A stretch of 64,000 bases of DNA from an uncultured Desulfobacter sp. (lineage in GTDB: Bacteria; Desulfobacterota; Desulfobacteria; Desulfobacterales; Desulfobacteraceae), in contig OY762069.1 of the NCBI GenBank assembly GCA_963665095.1, forward strand, positions 4,928,001 to 4,992,000, written 5' to 3'. Each line of letters opens with the position of its first letter. The first letter of the stretch is position 1. Below the pieces are notes generated by a model. It was not told where the DNA came from. It saw nothing but the letters and a program-made list of their open reading frames with translations, and searched no databases. A program made the position numbers and the translations under genes. Shown here piece after piece: positions 50,814-61,036 of the stretch.

Positions 50814-51956
50814 ATGAGCCAGGTGGCGCTTTGTGCATGTCCGGATTACGAACCGGATCATGTGGATGCGGCTGTCATCCGTGCTGTGGATCTGTGCGGA
50901 GGTATACGCAGGTTTGTCAAGCCTGGCCAGCAGGTGCTGCTTAAGCCCAATATGCTCAGTGCCGCGCCTTTGGAACAGCGGGTGACCACAGATCCTGCTG
51001 TGGTGCGGGCCGTGGGAAAACTGGTGCTGGAGGCTGGAGGCCAACTGGTTATCGGCGACAGCCCGGCCATTGACAAGGTTGCCCGCATCGGACGCGTGAA
51101 TGGGATCGGGGCGGTGGCAGCCGAACTTGGGGCGGACCTGATTGAATTTTCCCGGCCCGTTCTGGCCAAAACACCTGACGGTTCCGTATACCGGGCCTTG
51201 GAGCTGGAGGAGACAGCACTTACCGCCGATGTGGTCATCAACCTGCCCAAACTGAAAACCCATTGCATGATGCTGTTGACCATGGGAGTGAAAAATCTGT
51301 TCGGCACGGTGGTGGGACAGCGCAAAAGCCAGTGGCATATGCATGCAGGGGCGGACAGAGGCATGTTTGCCGATCTTTTGCTGGACATTGCCCGCACTGT
51401 TAAACCGGCATTGACCATTCTTGACGGCGTGTGGGCCATGGAAGGACGCGGCCCAAATAACGGCACCCCCCGTCATACCGGATTTCTGGCCGCCGCCTGC
51501 GATCCTCTGGCCATGGATCTGGCCCTGGCGCGTCTGCTTGGGGCGCATCCCGCGGTTTTTCCTTTGTATGGGGCTGCCGTGCAACGGGGCCTGGCCACTG
51601 CAGATGGATCAGATATTGAAATGATCGGCGACGATCCCAAACCTCTTGTCCCGGGCGATTTCCAGCTGCCCGTACTGGAGTCCGCCATGATGCTGCCCGG
51701 ATTTGTTGCAGGGTTCATGCGCCGCCATCTTACCTCCCGGCCGGTGCAGAACCCGGATTTGTGTCTGGGCTGCGGCAAGTGCGAGGCCGTCTGTCCTCCG
51801 AAAAGCCTGACGTTGAAGGAGCGGCATGCCGCCATTGACCATCGCACCTGTATCCGCTGCTATTGCTGCCAGGAGGTCTGCCCGGCAGATGCCATCTCCT
51901 TTAAGACCGGAACCCTGGTGAGGATTATGGACCGGGTACGCACCATCATACCTTGA
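50814..51956 (+). CDS. DUF362 domain + 2x[4Fe-4S] ferredoxin protein
   Basis: VLLKPN, TTDP, INLPKLKTH, GVKNLFG, MEGRGP; CLGCGKCEAVCP and CIRCYCCQEVCP. Confidence 0.9.
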   Translation: MSQVALCACPDYEPDHVDAAVIRAVDLCGGIRRFVKPGQQVLLKPNMLSAAPLEQRVTTDPAVVRAVGKLVLEAGGQLVIGDSPAIDKVARIGRVNGIGAVAAELGADLIEFSRPVLAKTPDGSVYRALELEETALTADVVINLPKLKTHCMMLLTMGVKNLFGTVVGQRKSQWHMHAGADRGMFADLLLDIARTVKPALTILDGVWAMEGRGPNNGTPRHTGFLAAACDPLAMDLALARLLGAHPAVFPLYGAAVQRGLATADGSDIEMIGDDPKPLVPGDFQLPVLESAMMLPGFVAGFMRRHLTSRPVQNPDLCLGCGKCEAVCPPKSLTLKERHAAIDHRTCIRCYCCQEVCPADAISFKTGTLVRIMDRVRTIIP

Positions 51957-52058
51957 CACGGAACAGCGCTGATTTATTTTTGTTATTAATTTTTTCGGTT
52001 GCAGGATATTGATCCGGTCAACTGATGTCAGTCAAGTTTTTAATCATGGAGCGATGAC

Positions 52059-52397
52059 ATGCAGATTGAAAAGTTTCTTGAGCTCAAAGAGCCGCTTGAA
52101 CTGCAAAAATACGTGAGAAATGTGGCGTCTGATAAAAAGAATTGCAGTTCGTTTTACGGATCTCCCAAAAAACACCCATATGGAAAAGACCGCGTCATTC
52201 TTGTGGCCGATCCGTTTGGAGACCACACCGTATACTATGATTTCAAATTAAAGGACATTGTGTCCATTGAGGAACAGCCCCGTATTACAAATCCGGATGG
52301 GGAGTCCGTCTCCATGGTTCGGCTGTGGGTAAGGAAAAACAGCATCGGGCTTCAGTGTATTCCGTTTATGGTGGGACGGAATACAGAAATAGGTTAA
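52059..52397 (+). CDS. Hypothetical protein
   Basis: 112-aa ORF with GGAG upstream, filling the gap between genes; FYGSPKKHPY motif; no family confidently recognised. Confidence 0.65.
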   Translation: MQIEKFLELKEPLELQKYVRNVASDKKNCSSFYGSPKKHPYGKDRVILVADPFGDHTVYYDFKLKDIVSIEEQPRITNPDGESVSMVRLWVRKNSIGLQCIPFMVGRNTEIG

Positions 52398-52404
52398 CCG
52401 GATG

Positions 52405-54525
52405 TCATGGTTTTGGCGTGGGCATATCCGCCACCAGTGATTCCAGAATCCGGTGTTCAAAGTCAATACACTCCTTGAGTTCGTTGACGGCACTCAGCCG
52501 GCCACCCACCTTTTTACCTTTTTTACGCTCCTGGATTTTTTGGGTGATGTAGGACTGGACTACCTGGTGAAATGACTCCAGCTCTGTTTTTCGGCGAATC
52601 AGGATGCGTTCCGGGTGGTGCTTTTCATTGATCAGGCCCACCACCCACAAAGAGTGACTGGCGTGCAGGTCCAGCTCAAGCTGGGTGCAGAATTCCTCAC
52701 GGCAGCGCTGGACAGCGCCCAGGTATTTGGCCAGGGCATTGTCAATCGCTGAAATTGCCTTTCGGGGCTTGTTCCAGCCAATGGAGCTGAAGGTCCGCCA
52801 GGCTGCCACCTCCTTTTTAATGTCCATAACTTCCCGCTTGCGATACTTAGTTGATTCGGGATAATGGCGGTTTCTCAGGCTGACGATGTCTCCGATTTCA
52901 TGGTCATGTTCATCCATGACAGCCAGGTGCTCGAAGGTGGCGCCTCCCAGGAGCGTCATACCCAGCATCTTTTCATCAAACCGCATCAGGCGTTTGATCC
53001 GGGCGTTGTTTTTCATGGTGGAATCCGCGCTGGATGCCACCTGTTTAAGCCGTTTTTCCTTTTCTTCACTCAGCCGGCTGACAACCAGGGCCATTTCCTT
53101 TTTGTGCCGGTTTTCCCTGATGACACTGTGTACGGTCTGTTTAAAAAGGCGCCGGGTCTGGCGGCTTCTTTCCTGATCCAGGATCTGTCCCAGCTGTCGG
53201 GACGAAAGATAGTGTTTAAGGGTCTGGTTTTTTAACGCCTGGGTGGTGCCCCGACCCCAGCTGGCCCGGTTAAATCCTGAAGGGAATGTCAAAGGCTGGG
53301 AATAAGGGGTTGCTTCCTTGACGGCCCGGGAGGTGATTCTCTTTAAAAAACTCATGTTACGTTTCAGGTATGCCCGGATCTGCGCATCGTCTTCATACAG
53401 CCAGGGGTACATGAAAAAACATAAAAGCTCGTCATCTGCCATGGCATGGCCCGGGTTGGCCTCGCACAGGGATTCAATGCCCAGATAGGGGCTGAATTCA
53501 CCAGCCCTGCGGATAATGGCTGTTTGCTGATTAAACAGTGTCAGGTCAATATCTCCCTTGTATGTCTGCACGCCGCCCCGGACCACGTCTGTTTTCCAGT
53601 TCCCGGTATCCATGCCTCTGATGGCCATGATTCCCTGGATGCAGAACCATCCGAAATAGTGGCTGTCAGTCTCAGGTGCCATCTCTTTGCGTTTATGTTC
53701 CCGTAGATATCCCCCCCGGCTGTTGAACAGACACCCGTCCCAGTCCGGTTGAAAACTGAAAGCCTGGTTAATGGGCAGTACCGGCATGGCAGGGGCGGCC
53801 TCTTTTTGGGAATAAACCTCCCACAGTCTTGCGGCCGGATTAACGACCGTCATTGCCTTTTCCTTGTATGTGTCAACCGCAGCCATAACCGGTTCTTTGA
53901 GTTCTCCCAGTTCTGACAGGGTCTCCTTGGCCTCAACAAAAAAGTCCGTATCAATCATCCCGCTGAAAACGTTCCTGAACCCGGGCTCTGTGCAGGCGCC
54001 GATCATACCGGCCAGCAGCTGGAACAGCTCTTTTGAGGTGGAATAGATTTGGGCCAAAGCTTCGAAATCACCGATCAGCAGTTTACCAAGGCTTTTGCCC
54101 AGTTTGATCAGGTGCCAGGCGTAGTAGACCTGCTTGGCCAACCCGGCCAGCTTCGGGTTCCACCAGAATGCAAAATAGTCGTTCTGCACTAGAAGGTTCG
54201 TTGGCGGACCGTTCTCGGGCTTGTAACCCGGAAGCAGGACACTTTCCACCAGCGGGTGGGTGTCAGGCAGGGTGTAGACCGTACGGCCCACAGCATTAAA
54301 AGAACCGTCCTGGAGAATAGCCTGGTAATTGGTCTTATTCAGGGCCTCTCCTCTGAGTCCGGCCTGGTTCAGGGTGCGCATGATTGCCTGGTGCTTATGC
54401 TGGTTCCAATAGGTCTTCAAAGAGGCCATGCAGGTGCCATGACTGTATTGGACCAGGTTGGCCATCTCCGGAATAATGGTATCGTCGCTGCCCGATACAA
54501 GCAGGTTTCCAAGCTCTGATGTCAT
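52405..54525 (-). CDS. Large hypothetical protein, possible toxin/effector with C-terminal four-helix membrane-localisation-like domain
   Basis: Open frame of more than 700 codons; start uncertain (TTG 54591 or ATG 54525); domain call is by eye only. Confidence 0.7.
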   Translation of the reverse strand: MTSELGNLLVSGSDDTIIPEMANLVQYSHGTCMASLKTYWNQHKHQAIMRTLNQAGLRGEALNKTNYQAILQDGSFNAVGRTVYTLPDTHPLVESVLLPGYKPENGPPTNLLVQNDYFAFWWNPKLAGLAKQVYYAWHLIKLGKSLGKLLIGDFEALAQIYSTSKELFQLLAGMIGACTEPGFRNVFSGMIDTDFFVEAKETLSELGELKEPVMAAVDTYKEKAMTVVNPAARLWEVYSQKEAAPAMPVLPINQAFSFQPDWDGCLFNSRGGYLREHKRKEMAPETDSHYFGWFCIQGIMAIRGMDTGNWKTDVVRGGVQTYKGDIDLTLFNQQTAIIRRAGEFSPYLGIESLCEANPGHAMADDELLCFFMYPWLYEDDAQIRAYLKRNMSFLKRITSRAVKEATPYSQPLTFPSGFNRASWGRGTTQALKNQTLKHYLSSRQLGQILDQERSRQTRRLFKQTVHSVIRENRHKKEMALVVSRLSEEKEKRLKQVASSADSTMKNNARIKRLMRFDEKMLGMTLLGGATFEHLAVMDEHDHEIGDIVSLRNRHYPESTKYRKREVMDIKKEVAAWRTFSSIGWNKPRKAISAIDNALAKYLGAVQRCREEFCTQLELDLHASHSLWVVGLINEKHHPERILIRRKTELESFHQVVQSYITQKIQERKKGKKVGGRLSAVNELKECIDFEHRILESLVADMPTPKP

Positions 54526-54804
54526 TATGTTATATTCCAAGCTTAGGGTTTTAAGATCAGGTTTTAAATTTGCAATCCCGGGCAGGGTCAAGTCAAGGGA
54601 AAAAAGGTTTTTATGAAGTTTTTTGCCTATCCGGCCAAAATTACGATCACATCATCAATGATGACCATAAATACACGGTGCCTTTCGGGGCAGGTCTCAA
54701 AAGCCTGGTTTAGGCAATTTAAAGGCGTAACGGTTTGTTATTTTTGTAACGCCTGGGCTGGTGGTCTAACATTTCTTATCAATATGATACCAAGAGAGAA
54801 TTTA

Positions 54805-55493
<689 letters not shown>

Positions 55494-55569
55494 TCATAGG
55501 CCAAGAAAGAGCCTCAACTACCAGACTCAGTTTGAGGTATAACAACCGGGAAGGATATAACAGCTGCTA

Positions 55570-56562
55570 ATGATAAACAATCGATCATTAAATAGGGTGT
55601 GGACAGATAATATTCCTCCTCTTTTCTTCAAAGAACAGGAAAAATTACTATATTTTAATTCTTGGGCATATACAATTCAGGAAGGACTTAGGATAAATTG
55701 TCTTGATTATGCATTCAGGGAAAACGTAGAGTTAACGTATCAGAATGATGAAACGGTTTTGAACTTTGGTTTTATCCTATCTGGTACTTTTCATAATCAC
55801 CCAATTTTTCCTGATATAGGTGAGCAAAAATTTGTAGTCATTGATGGATCCAGCGGTATAGCCTATTTCCCTCCCATGGAAGGGACTCTTATTATTCCTG
55901 GCAAGACCTCTATTTGTATTGTTCATATTCACCTTTCCCCGTCTTTTTTTTATGATTTAGTTCGTAATGAGATGGAATGTATCCCCCATGAACTCCGGGC
56001 ACTTTTGCAGGGTACGGATACTAAGCCATATTATTTTTTTTCAGGGATGTCTCTGAAAATAAGGTCCGCTTTGGATCGCTTATACAAGGGCCCATCCACT
56101 GGTGTTCCTGCCCGTCTTTTTTATCATGCGATAGCCTTGGAGCTTATTGCTGAACAGATTAGCAGAGCGGGCGTTTGCCCTGCAAATAAGGACCTTGACT
56201 GTTGGGATAACAAGAATCAGGTAATTCGAGCACATGATCTGCTTATACATGATCTTTCCTCGCCTCCCAGTATGGAGAAGCTCGCACGGAAAACTGGTTT
56301 GAACAGGAATAAGATTCAAAAAGGTTTTAACCAGCTTTATGGCGTCCCCGTATACAAATATTTTCAGCAGTGTCGCATGAAAGAAGCTAATCGCCTTTTC
56401 CATGAAACAGATATGAATGTCAGCCAGATTGCAGCGGAACTTGGTTATACAAATGCCAGTCATTTTAGCAGTGCCTACAAAAAGCATTTTGGGGTCCTTC
56501 CCGGAAAGCACATGGCCTGTATCAGAGAATCCTTCAAAATAAAACAAAACATAAAAACATAA
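55570..56562 (+). CDS. AraC-family transcriptional regulator (PchR/YbtA-like)
   Basis: C-terminal PPSMEKLAR..GLN..K...GF..LYG, NVSQIAAELGYTNASHFSSAYKKHFGVLP. Confidence 0.9.
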   Translation: MINNRSLNRVWTDNIPPLFFKEQEKLLYFNSWAYTIQEGLRINCLDYAFRENVELTYQNDETVLNFGFILSGTFHNHPIFPDIGEQKFVVIDGSSGIAYFPPMEGTLIIPGKTSICIVHIHLSPSFFYDLVRNEMECIPHELRALLQGTDTKPYYFFSGMSLKIRSALDRLYKGPSTGVPARLFYHAIALELIAEQISRAGVCPANKDLDCWDNKNQVIRAHDLLIHDLSSPPSMEKLARKTGLNRNKIQKGFNQLYGVPVYKYFQQCRMKEANRLFHETDMNVSQIAAELGYTNASHFSSAYKKHFGVLPGKHMACIRESFKIKQNIKT

Positions 56563-56585
56563 TGTGAGGCACATTGCGTTTTTTA

Positions 56586-56642
56586 TGCGGATCTGAGTGG
56601 AAAAAGTGCGGTCTTGGGTGGTTGTCTTGTAACTTTTAGTAT
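56586..56642 (+). promoter_or_regulatory. Candidate AraC operator (21-bp-spaced direct repeat) overlapping a weak sigma70 promoter
   Basis: TGCGGATCTGAGTGG (56586) and TGCGGTCTTGGGTGG (56607), 11/15 identical; TTGGGT (56614-56619), N17, TAGTAT (56637-56642). Confidence 0.55.
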
Positions 56643-56697
56643 ATCCTAACTTTATAAATAATTATTTAGAAGATAATTGATATTTTTTGAACAAGAA

Positions 56698-56880
56698 CCA
56701 GGTGCCGTATTATTTTGATTTTTTTGATAAGAATCAAGATGTGGCCGAAGAGGGAATCTCGTGTAAATCGAGAATGGTCCCGCCGCTGTGATCAGGGACG
56801 AAATTCGTAAAAGCCACTGCTTTTATTGAGCGGGAAGGTGCGAAGAGTAGGATGATCTGAAAGTCAGAAGACCTGCCTGG
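56698..56880 (+). ncRNA. Cobalamin (B12) riboswitch
   Basis: CCAGGTGC...AAGAGGGAA-TCTCG-TGTAAAT-CGAGA...CCCGCCGCTGT...GCCACTG...GGGAAGG...AAGTCAGAAGACCTGCCTGG (B12 box), upstream of a TonB receptor. Confidence 0.93.
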
Positions 56881-56949
56881 AAAATAAAGCTATTGCTCTG
56901 CGGTGAGACAGAGAACAAAGCCATAAGATAGGGTCAAGTAATTGGGTGC

Positions 56950-56986
56950 AGCCCTTCAGCTAATTGAGTTGAAGGGCTTTTTTTTT
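56950..56986 (+). terminator. Riboswitch expression-platform terminator
   Basis: AGCCCTTCAGCT / AGTTGAAGGGCT stem followed by a long U-tract, between aptamer and first gene. Confidence 0.85.
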
Positions 56987-57106
56987 GAACAGCTTGGCCC
57001 TGTCATCCTTGCGGAAGGCCATCTTTCTTTTCTCAGGCAGAGATAAAAGGTTGAAGTTGTATGACAGGCAATATGAATCAAAGACTGAAAAAGAAAGGAT
57101 ATTATT

Positions 57107-59134
57107 ATGAATGGCACTGTTGGAATACTGCGGATAGGAATCCTTATAACCTTGCTGTCATGCATGGTTGTTAGTGTAGAGGCAAAAGAAACCGGTGATT
57201 CTGTAAAGGCCTTAAACGCTGAGGCTGCCGATGTGGAAGTAGAAGAAATTGTAGTAACTGCTAAAAAGACAGGAAGAGCATATGAAGAGCCCGTCTTCAG
57301 CCGCCTGACTTTGCCGAAAAGTTCAACGGCAGAAACGGTTTTTACCTCAAAGGATATAGAGCAAATTAATCCTGAAACGGTGTTTGAAATTATAGATCTT
57401 GCGCCGAATCTTGTCCGTAGATTCAGCAACTCCATGAATCCTGACGGATTCAGGTCACGTGGTGGTGAAGTCATCGGTTTGATTATTGATGGAATCTATG
57501 TTCCTTCCACAGAATCAGCAAGAATGCTGGAAAACTTCCCCGTAACAATAATTGATTCCATTCGTATTGTTCGCGATTCTACTGCATTGACATTGGGACC
57601 ATTGGCAACGATCAGCGCTTCAACAAGTAAACCAAATTCTGAAGTGGATGGATATATTATCATTACAACCAAAAAGCCAAAAAAACAGAATGGTTCATTC
57701 CGTTTAGGATATGATACAGCACAAACCATGCAGGCCAGCGCTTCTTTTGGCGATGTTAAAGAAGATTTTTATTACTCAATCGCTTTCAATCATTCTGACA
57801 CCCCTGAATGGGATGAACATAATGATGCCCGAAAAACAGATTCTTTTCATCTGCGGGGCGGCTATTCTGGAGACAGTTTATTGGCAAATATATCTTTGTA
57901 TGCTGACTTTGCAAATTGGGATTGTCCCCGTTATGACAATAACGGAGAATTGAGTGAAGCCATATGGGGTTTTGATCCCAGTAATACAATGATGGTGAGT
58001 TTTGATACATCCAAATTATGGAATAAAAATAACACCACCACCTTTAGCTTTGGTTACAGCGAGGTTAAATCAACCCTTTATGAGGATTATGTGCATCGGG
58101 ACTCTTCCATTTTGAGGAATGGTAAAAATGCGCCAATGAAATGGCATCTGGATGAACATATCTATGATTTTAACGTCGGTCATACCTTGGTTGTGGGTAA
58201 CAATACCTTGAAAATCGGAACCCAGGCCTTGTTTTGGGATATGCATGACATGCAGGGTTGGAAGTACCGTGACAAGGAAGAAGAGGCGTATGGCTTCTAT
58301 TTTACTGATGCGTATAGCCTGACAGAAAAGCTGACATTGGATATCGGTGGTCGAATTGATCGGCGGCATACAATTAAGCAAAATGATTCTAAGTTTGACG
58401 ATACCTGGGCGGAAAATAACACCTCTGTTGCAGTGGGACAGGCGTATCAGCTGAATGATATCTTTAGGGTTACAACACGTGTATCCTATAGTGAACAGCC
58501 AGCTTATGATTGGTTGTTGAAGGCGGATGAAAGTAAGAGCTTTGAATCTGATCAACGAACGAAATATGAAGCCGGTGTTACAGCGAACTTTCATCCGGCC
58601 TTCAATATTGACGGATCGGTTTTTTATTATGATATCCAGAATTATAAGTATCTGGAGAAATCCCAAACGAATACTGTGAGTGGTGAAACTGAATACTTAT
58701 ACGGTGAAGCCGATTTAACCCAGTCCGGATTTGAAATAAGTGTGAGTGGTGATCTGTCAGCAAATTTTTCCTATAGTGCTACCTATTCATATCTGCACAT
58801 TGATGATGAATCTGTCAGTAAACTCATTCCGGAAAATTCGGCAACGGTGATGTTGAATTACCAATACGCAGATTATTTTGTAAATATCACAACAAAATAT
58901 CTGGATGAGTATTCCCAGACTGCAACCCAGGGTGATGGCCTGGGCGATTATATTCGAGTCGATGCCAGTGTCAGTAAGCAGTTAACCCAGAAAACCAAGA
59001 TTACTTTGTATGCCAAAAATCTCACCAATGATGAGTATGCAGAAGCATGTATGACCAGTTATGTCTCTGGGATGTATGGATATATTTACAATCGTGGTGC
59101 AATATTCGGTCTGACCTATAGCATGGATTTTTAG
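57107..59134 (+). CDS. TonB-dependent outer-membrane receptor
   Basis: Signal peptide, TonB box EEIVVTA, plug (LIIDGIYV, IDSIRIVR, GYIIITTK), NLTNDEY, C-terminal F. Confidence 0.92.
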   Translation: MNGTVGILRIGILITLLSCMVVSVEAKETGDSVKALNAEAADVEVEEIVVTAKKTGRAYEEPVFSRLTLPKSSTAETVFTSKDIEQINPETVFEIIDLAPNLVRRFSNSMNPDGFRSRGGEVIGLIIDGIYVPSTESARMLENFPVTIIDSIRIVRDSTALTLGPLATISASTSKPNSEVDGYIIITTKKPKKQNGSFRLGYDTAQTMQASASFGDVKEDFYYSIAFNHSDTPEWDEHNDARKTDSFHLRGGYSGDSLLANISLYADFANWDCPRYDNNGELSEAIWGFDPSNTMMVSFDTSKLWNKNNTTTFSFGYSEVKSTLYEDYVHRDSSILRNGKNAPMKWHLDEHIYDFNVGHTLVVGNNTLKIGTQALFWDMHDMQGWKYRDKEEEAYGFYFTDAYSLTEKLTLDIGGRIDRRHTIKQNDSKFDDTWAENNTSVAVGQAYQLNDIFRVTTRVSYSEQPAYDWLLKADESKSFESDQRTKYEAGVTANFHPAFNIDGSVFYYDIQNYKYLEKSQTNTVSGETEYLYGEADLTQSGFEISVSGDLSANFSYSATYSYLHIDDESVSKLIPENSATVMLNYQYADYFVNITTKYLDEYSQTATQGDGLGDYIRVDASVSKQLTQKTKITLYAKNLTNDEYAEACMTSYVSGMYGYIYNRGAIFGLTYSMDF

Positions 59135-59225
59135 GAGAAGCAGTACACTGACGGGAAAATAATGTCCACCTGAAAAAGGCTGCTTCCAGCAGTGCCCCAA
59201 AATATAAAAATATGGAGATCAATTA

Positions 59226-60251
59226 ATGCAATTAGATACAATACGAATGAGTCCAGAACCACTTTTTGAGATGATGTTTGCCTCTATCCAGACAAAACTG
59301 CTGATTACAGCCATTAAATTGAAAATATTCGATATATTAACTAAATCTTTAAAAAATGCTTCGGAAATAGCTGAAAAACTGGAAGGAAATGCTAATAGCA
59401 CTGCATATTTTCTTGATGGGCTTACCGCATTAGGGTTGCTGGAAAAAAATAGTGGTTATTACAAGAACACCAGTATAGCGGAAACATTTCTTGTTCAGGG
59501 AAAGCCTGCTTATTTGGGGGATATGTTTTTGCTACAGGCTTCTCAGGAGGATGCCTGTGGTTCAGATCTGAAAGATTTAATCATCAAAGGTCCTAGGCCG
59601 AATAACGAAAATCTTGGAGATTCTCCTGAAATATGGGGTAGATTTGCTAAAAGCATGGCCAACAATCAGCGTTCCGGTTCTGCACAGATGGCAGCAGATC
59701 TTGTATCTCGATTGCCGGAGTTCCAGTCCTTTAACAAAATGCTGGATTTGGGCGGAGGACCTGGAATCAACTGTATTGCCATGGTAAGCAAGCATCCTAA
59801 AATGAAGGGGGTTGTGTTTGACAGAAAACCTTCAACAGACGTGGCCACAGATTTTATTAAAGAGTACGGCTTGGAAGAGCGAATCGAAGTATTGCCTGGA
59901 GATTATAATAATGATGATATCGGCCATGGCTATGATTTTATCTGGGCAAGCTATACCCTGAACTTTGCCCAAATGAATCTAACAAGTGTAATGAAAAAAA
60001 TTTATAATGCTTTGAATCCAGGGGGGGTTTTTGTCAATCTTTCAGAGGGCCTCATTCGTGAGGGAACGCACCCGAAAATGACAGTGCTTTGTACCATGAA
60101 ATGGGCAATGCAGAATCATCCTCTTAAGCCATTTCATCAAGGGGTTGTTGCAGAGACGATGTTAGATGTCGGATATAAATCAGTTCGCTCACAAACTATT
60201 GCCGCAGGTTGGGGGGAAGCAGATTTAGATATAGCACGAAAAAGCTTATAA
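59226..60251 (+). CDS. SAM-dependent O-methyltransferase (dimerisation domain + methyltransf_2)
   Basis: TAIKLKIFD...LDGLTALGLL dimerisation domain; LDLGGGPG, VVFD, GDY, ALNPGG. Confidence 0.9.
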   Translation: MQLDTIRMSPEPLFEMMFASIQTKLLITAIKLKIFDILTKSLKNASEIAEKLEGNANSTAYFLDGLTALGLLEKNSGYYKNTSIAETFLVQGKPAYLGDMFLLQASQEDACGSDLKDLIIKGPRPNNENLGDSPEIWGRFAKSMANNQRSGSAQMAADLVSRLPEFQSFNKMLDLGGGPGINCIAMVSKHPKMKGVVFDRKPSTDVATDFIKEYGLEERIEVLPGDYNNDDIGHGYDFIWASYTLNFAQMNLTSVMKKIYNALNPGGVFVNLSEGLIREGTHPKMTVLCTMKWAMQNHPLKPFHQGVVAETMLDVGYKSVRSQTIAAGWGEADLDIARKSL

Positions 60252-61036
60252 TGGCTATCCATATAAAAGAGCTGGAATTCTCCTATTCCAAGGAGAAAAT
60301 TCTAAAGGATATTTCTCTTGATATTGAAGGACATCAGTGCGTTGCTATTCTTGGCCCCAATGGTGCAGGGAAATCGACATTAATCCGATGCATCAACAAT
60401 CTGCTCAGGCCTCAACAAGGTACGATCTGTATTAATAATACCAATATCAAAACATTTAGCCGGAAAGAACTTGCCAAACGTTTGAGCTATATTCCCCAGT
60501 CAACGGAAAGTCTTTTTTCACTGCGGGTGTTTGATATGCTGCTCATGGGAAGAAGACCGCATATCCTTTGGAAAAACACAGAAAAGGACAGAGATAAAGT
60601 GGTTGAAGCCATGAAAACGCTGAATATTGAGCATCTTGCCTTTCGACAGTTCAGTGAATTGAGTGGCGGCATGCAGCAAAAAATAATGATCGCCCGAGCT
60701 CTTGCCCAGGAAACAGAAATAGTTCTTCTTGATGAACCTATCAGTAACCTTGACATCAGGCATCAGTTTGAGGTCATGAATATAATGAAATCACTGATTC
60801 ATACCCGAGGTATCCTTGCTTTGATGGTGCTGCATGATTTGAATATTGCCGCCATGTATGCTGACACCGTTATCATTATGGAAAATGGAAAAATAATACA
60901 CTATGGCCCTACGGAAGATGTCTTGACAAAAGAAAATATCGCTTCCATTTACGGGGTAGAAGCACATATCAGCAAAAGAGAAAACAGGCTGAGTGTTGTA
61001 CCCATAAAAATCTCAACCCAGAAGGGGCTGATGTGA
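60251..61036 (+). CDS. Iron-chelate/cobalamin ABC transporter ATPase (FecE/BtuD-like)
   Basis: GPNGAGKST, LSGGMQQ, LLDEP, VLHDLN; TAATG coupling to the methyltransferase. Confidence 0.92.
   Translation: MAIHIKELEFSYSKEKILKDISLDIEGHQCVAILGPNGAGKSTLIRCINNLLRPQQGTICINNTNIKTFSRKELAKRLSYIPQSTESLFSLRVFDMLLMGRRPHILWKNTEKDRDKVVEAMKTLNIEHLAFRQFSELSGGMQQKIMIARALAQETEIVLLDEPISNLDIRHQFEVMNIMKSLIHTRGILALMVLHDLNIAAMYADTVIIMENGKIIHYGPTEDVLTKENIASIYGVEAHISKRENRLSVVPIKISTQKGLM

Noticed and set aside
54678..54694. GTGCCTTTCGG as the left IS66 end matching 63560-63575
   Set aside because: Short gapped match with no clear target-site duplication; could be chance
56655..56690. Fur-box-like AT-rich stretch (GATAATTGATATT) before the riboswitch
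   Set aside because: Only a partial match in very AT-rich DNA; not supportable without a matrix scan
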